The translations under genes were made by a program, and so were the position numbers. A DNA stretch of 62,044 nucleotides, filler included, from Globobulimina sp. (Eukaryota), in assembly GCA_003354225.1 (NCBI GenBank). It is 25 parts of 25 records of this genome, joined end to end, with 100 filler letters (N's around TTAATTAATTAA, not from the genome) between each part and the next. Parts side by side here need not be neighbours in the genome. Positions count along the whole stretch, not along the records: positions 59,661 to 62,044 come from PIVH01006995.1; 24 more parts are not named here. One strand, 5' to 3'. The notes under the pieces are model-generated. The model saw only the letters and a program-made list of their open reading frames with translations. It ran no database searches and was not told where the DNA came from. This document shows positions 59,661-62,044 of this stretch, one piece after another (position 1 is the first letter of the stretch; every line of letters begins with the position of its first letter).

Positions 59661-62044
59661 CTACACCGCGAGTTTAGTTTATAAATACTTTGGTTTATTT
59701 GCCAAAACTAATAATGTGCAATTTCCTTTTAAATTCAATAATATTTCGCTTGCACCAAAACTGAATTTGTACCCAAAACCACACTCACACCCAACACAAG
59801 TCCAACAGTCTCATAACAGCTCCAAAAGATACACAATTGCTCAGTGCTTCAATCAGTCCAAAATCCAAACCAAACAAAACAACCGCTATTTCGTACTGAG
59901 AAAAGCGAATTACTCAGTCCATAATTACCATAACCACTTCAAACATATAATTAAAACCAAATGTGTGTCTGGATATATGATAAGCACAAAAAAGCACAAA
60001 CACACCCCGACATTGTACAAATTCATTGAAAAATACCAATACAGATTGCGGAGATACTATAAACACATCAAAATAGTGATGGACAAATCGCTGCGTTGGA
60101 TCACACTCAGAATGCCGCAGCATCGATACCATCCAATAAAGACCTATATCATCAACCAATTTCCCAGACAAATCAAACTTCGCTTCAAGAAAATACCATA
60201 CATTAATGAGAAGGTTGAAAAGACAGTGTACGAACAGCTGCATGCTTTCAGCAAGAGTCCGAGCAAAATATTAAAACTTCATACCTTTGTACTCAAAAAC
60301 AGTTATGTTGTAAACGAACCTGTACTGCAGCAGTCCGTGAAACATAACAAATATCACATAAAATGGTTTGTCCCGCCAGATAAAAACGCCAGAAGCAACA
60401 CACTTTGAAACAAATATACATTTGCATACACTAAATAGAGATAACTGGATAAACAACCAAAAAAACAACGCAATAATTTCACTCAATCAAATATACAAAC
60501 ACGCAGTGAACAAATATAGAACAGAAAACAAACAACTGCGGCAATATAAAAATCACTTAGTTAACAAAACCCTGCAACAGCACGTCAACAACGCTCAAAA
60601 TCATAAATCCGATATTCCCCAAATTGTCCTCAAATATCCTTTCATGCAAATATATGACCCCAACATCGTACCTCTCACCACCACCAAAATAAAAATAAAG
60701 AACCTATCCATTGGTTTCTTGAACATAAATGGAAAAGCAAAGACAAAGATCAATCAGTTGCATCCTTATATGCAGCAACTTGTCATTCACCACAAACTAG
60801 ACATAATCCTCCTCATTGATACCCGCAGAGTCCACAGACCTAATTGGAATCTGCCAGGATATAAATTAATAGTCCATAAATCCCCGATCACTGCCAATAA
60901 CCCTCGCAATGTCGGCGGTGTTTTGATTTATCATAAAAATAACTTGAAAAACAAAATAACATTAATAAAGAAAACCAGAGGACATAACACCGCCTGGATT
61001 GCGGTCGAAAACACTGCGCAAATAAAGCCGGCATACATAGCAATAAATTATGCCCGCACATACAAACCCAATTTGACACAACGCAGTGTTGACTTTTACC
61101 AGTCACTAACTGCCGACATCCAACAATATAAAACAGATTGCTCCGATATGTACATAATAGGCGATTTTAATGCCCGTATGGGCGATATGACCATGGATAC
61201 TGCAAAAAACCCTCATTTCAAATATATGAAGAAATTACTTGATGCGACCAATCTGAAAATTGCTAATCCGCAGTTTGCACCGAAATTCCTGACGTGCCTT
61301 GCAAAAGGTGCTAGAAACACCGGTGGCTCCATAATTGACTACGTAATCACAGAGAAACTCCATACAATTAAGTCGCTCCAAGTTGATACGCACCCAGTTT
61401 TTATGGACCACAGACCAGTGATTTTCACATTAAATGCCATAAACTGCCATACTGATATAATTGACAAACATTTTGTTCTGCGACAATATGAACCAAATGA
61501 TAAACTATTGCGGTCGCATCAGAACATACTAAATAACAGATCCAGACACCTACATAAATTCGGTGCAAATACACACTTTTATCAAAGAGATGAAGAAAGA
61601 GAGTACATATCACACATTACCTCAATCACTGCCATCTACATAATACATTTGGCGACCATCAAAGCATTCGGCATCGTTGACTTTGATTCGGCAAATAATT
61701 GGACGTCCATGACCTCAAAACAAGTCTCCTTAAACATCAAACAGAGACTGTACATGAACTCCAATGCGAATAATAATGTCATGCATAACCTAATAATTGA
61801 AGCAGAGAATGAGTTCACCCAAAATAAACAAAATACACTGACACAAAATACCATACGCTTCAACAACATGAACCATTCGAATAAGCTTAAAACCTTTAAG
61901 AGATACAACAAAAATAAAGACTACGTCGTCGATGAGCCATTCTTGAACTACACAACAAATTATATTAAGTTAATTCTTTCAAAAAATGATGAAAATCTGG
62001 AAATTGATTCGTTGATAAAACATGTTGCATTGGGTGTTTTTGCA
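59661..62044 (+). mobile_element. Non-LTR (LINE-like) retroelement fragment with AP endonuclease
   Basis: Frame 59662-60408, then +1 frame 60362-62044 open to the window end with APE motifs. Confidence 0.75.
60362..62044 (+). CDS. APE-type endonuclease ORF (not in the ORF track; runs off the window)
   Basis: From 60701: NLSIGFLNING, LDIILLIDTR, GGVLIY, NYAR, IIGDFNAR (G at 61160), SIIDYVI, MDHRPV (61403). Confidence 0.88.

Noticed and set aside
1-62044. Alternative genetic code, rRNA or tRNA genes
   Set aside because: Long ORFs end normally at TAA, TAG and TGA, most breaks are explained by introns, and no RNA gene motifs were recognised.

Overview
This is not one locus. It is 25 unrelated short contigs (about 2,384-2,388 bp each, in decreasing length) joined by artificial 100-nt spacers (N44-TTAATTAATTAA-N44), so no synteny can be read across spacers and ORF tails ending in 'XXX...LIN' or 'XXX...N' are artefacts. 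Most contigs come from an AT-rich, gene-dense eukaryote with standard code and short (mostly 50-120 nt) GT-AG introns. The gene repertoire (7TM and 7TM-RGS proteins, 'YGYIR...IPDDL..II..F' motif, SAM, SPRY, Kelch) suggests a rhizarian, probably a foraminifer; that assignment is inference. Recognisable genes: DHHC palmitoyltransferase, WNK kinase, ELAV-like 3-RRM protein, METTL21-like methyltransferase, Tim9-like, EXD1-like exonuclease, PHOSPHO-like phosphatase, LisH protein, C2H2 finger, GHL15-like hydrolase, sphingolipid C9-methyltransferase tail. Mobile DNA: two DIRS-like tyrosine-recombinase retroelement fragments (one RT with HVDD, one missing its YxDD box in-frame) and an APE-bearing non-LTR element absent from the ORF track. 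Most notable candidates: (1) GT-AG introns built on long perfect inverted repeats, one demonstrably an insertion relative to its adjacent intronless paralog; (2) an uninterrupted LtrA-membrane-domain/DENN Rab-GEF fusion; (3) a sulfotransferase-GT47-sulfotransferase fusion. All family calls are by motif recognition only; no searches were run.
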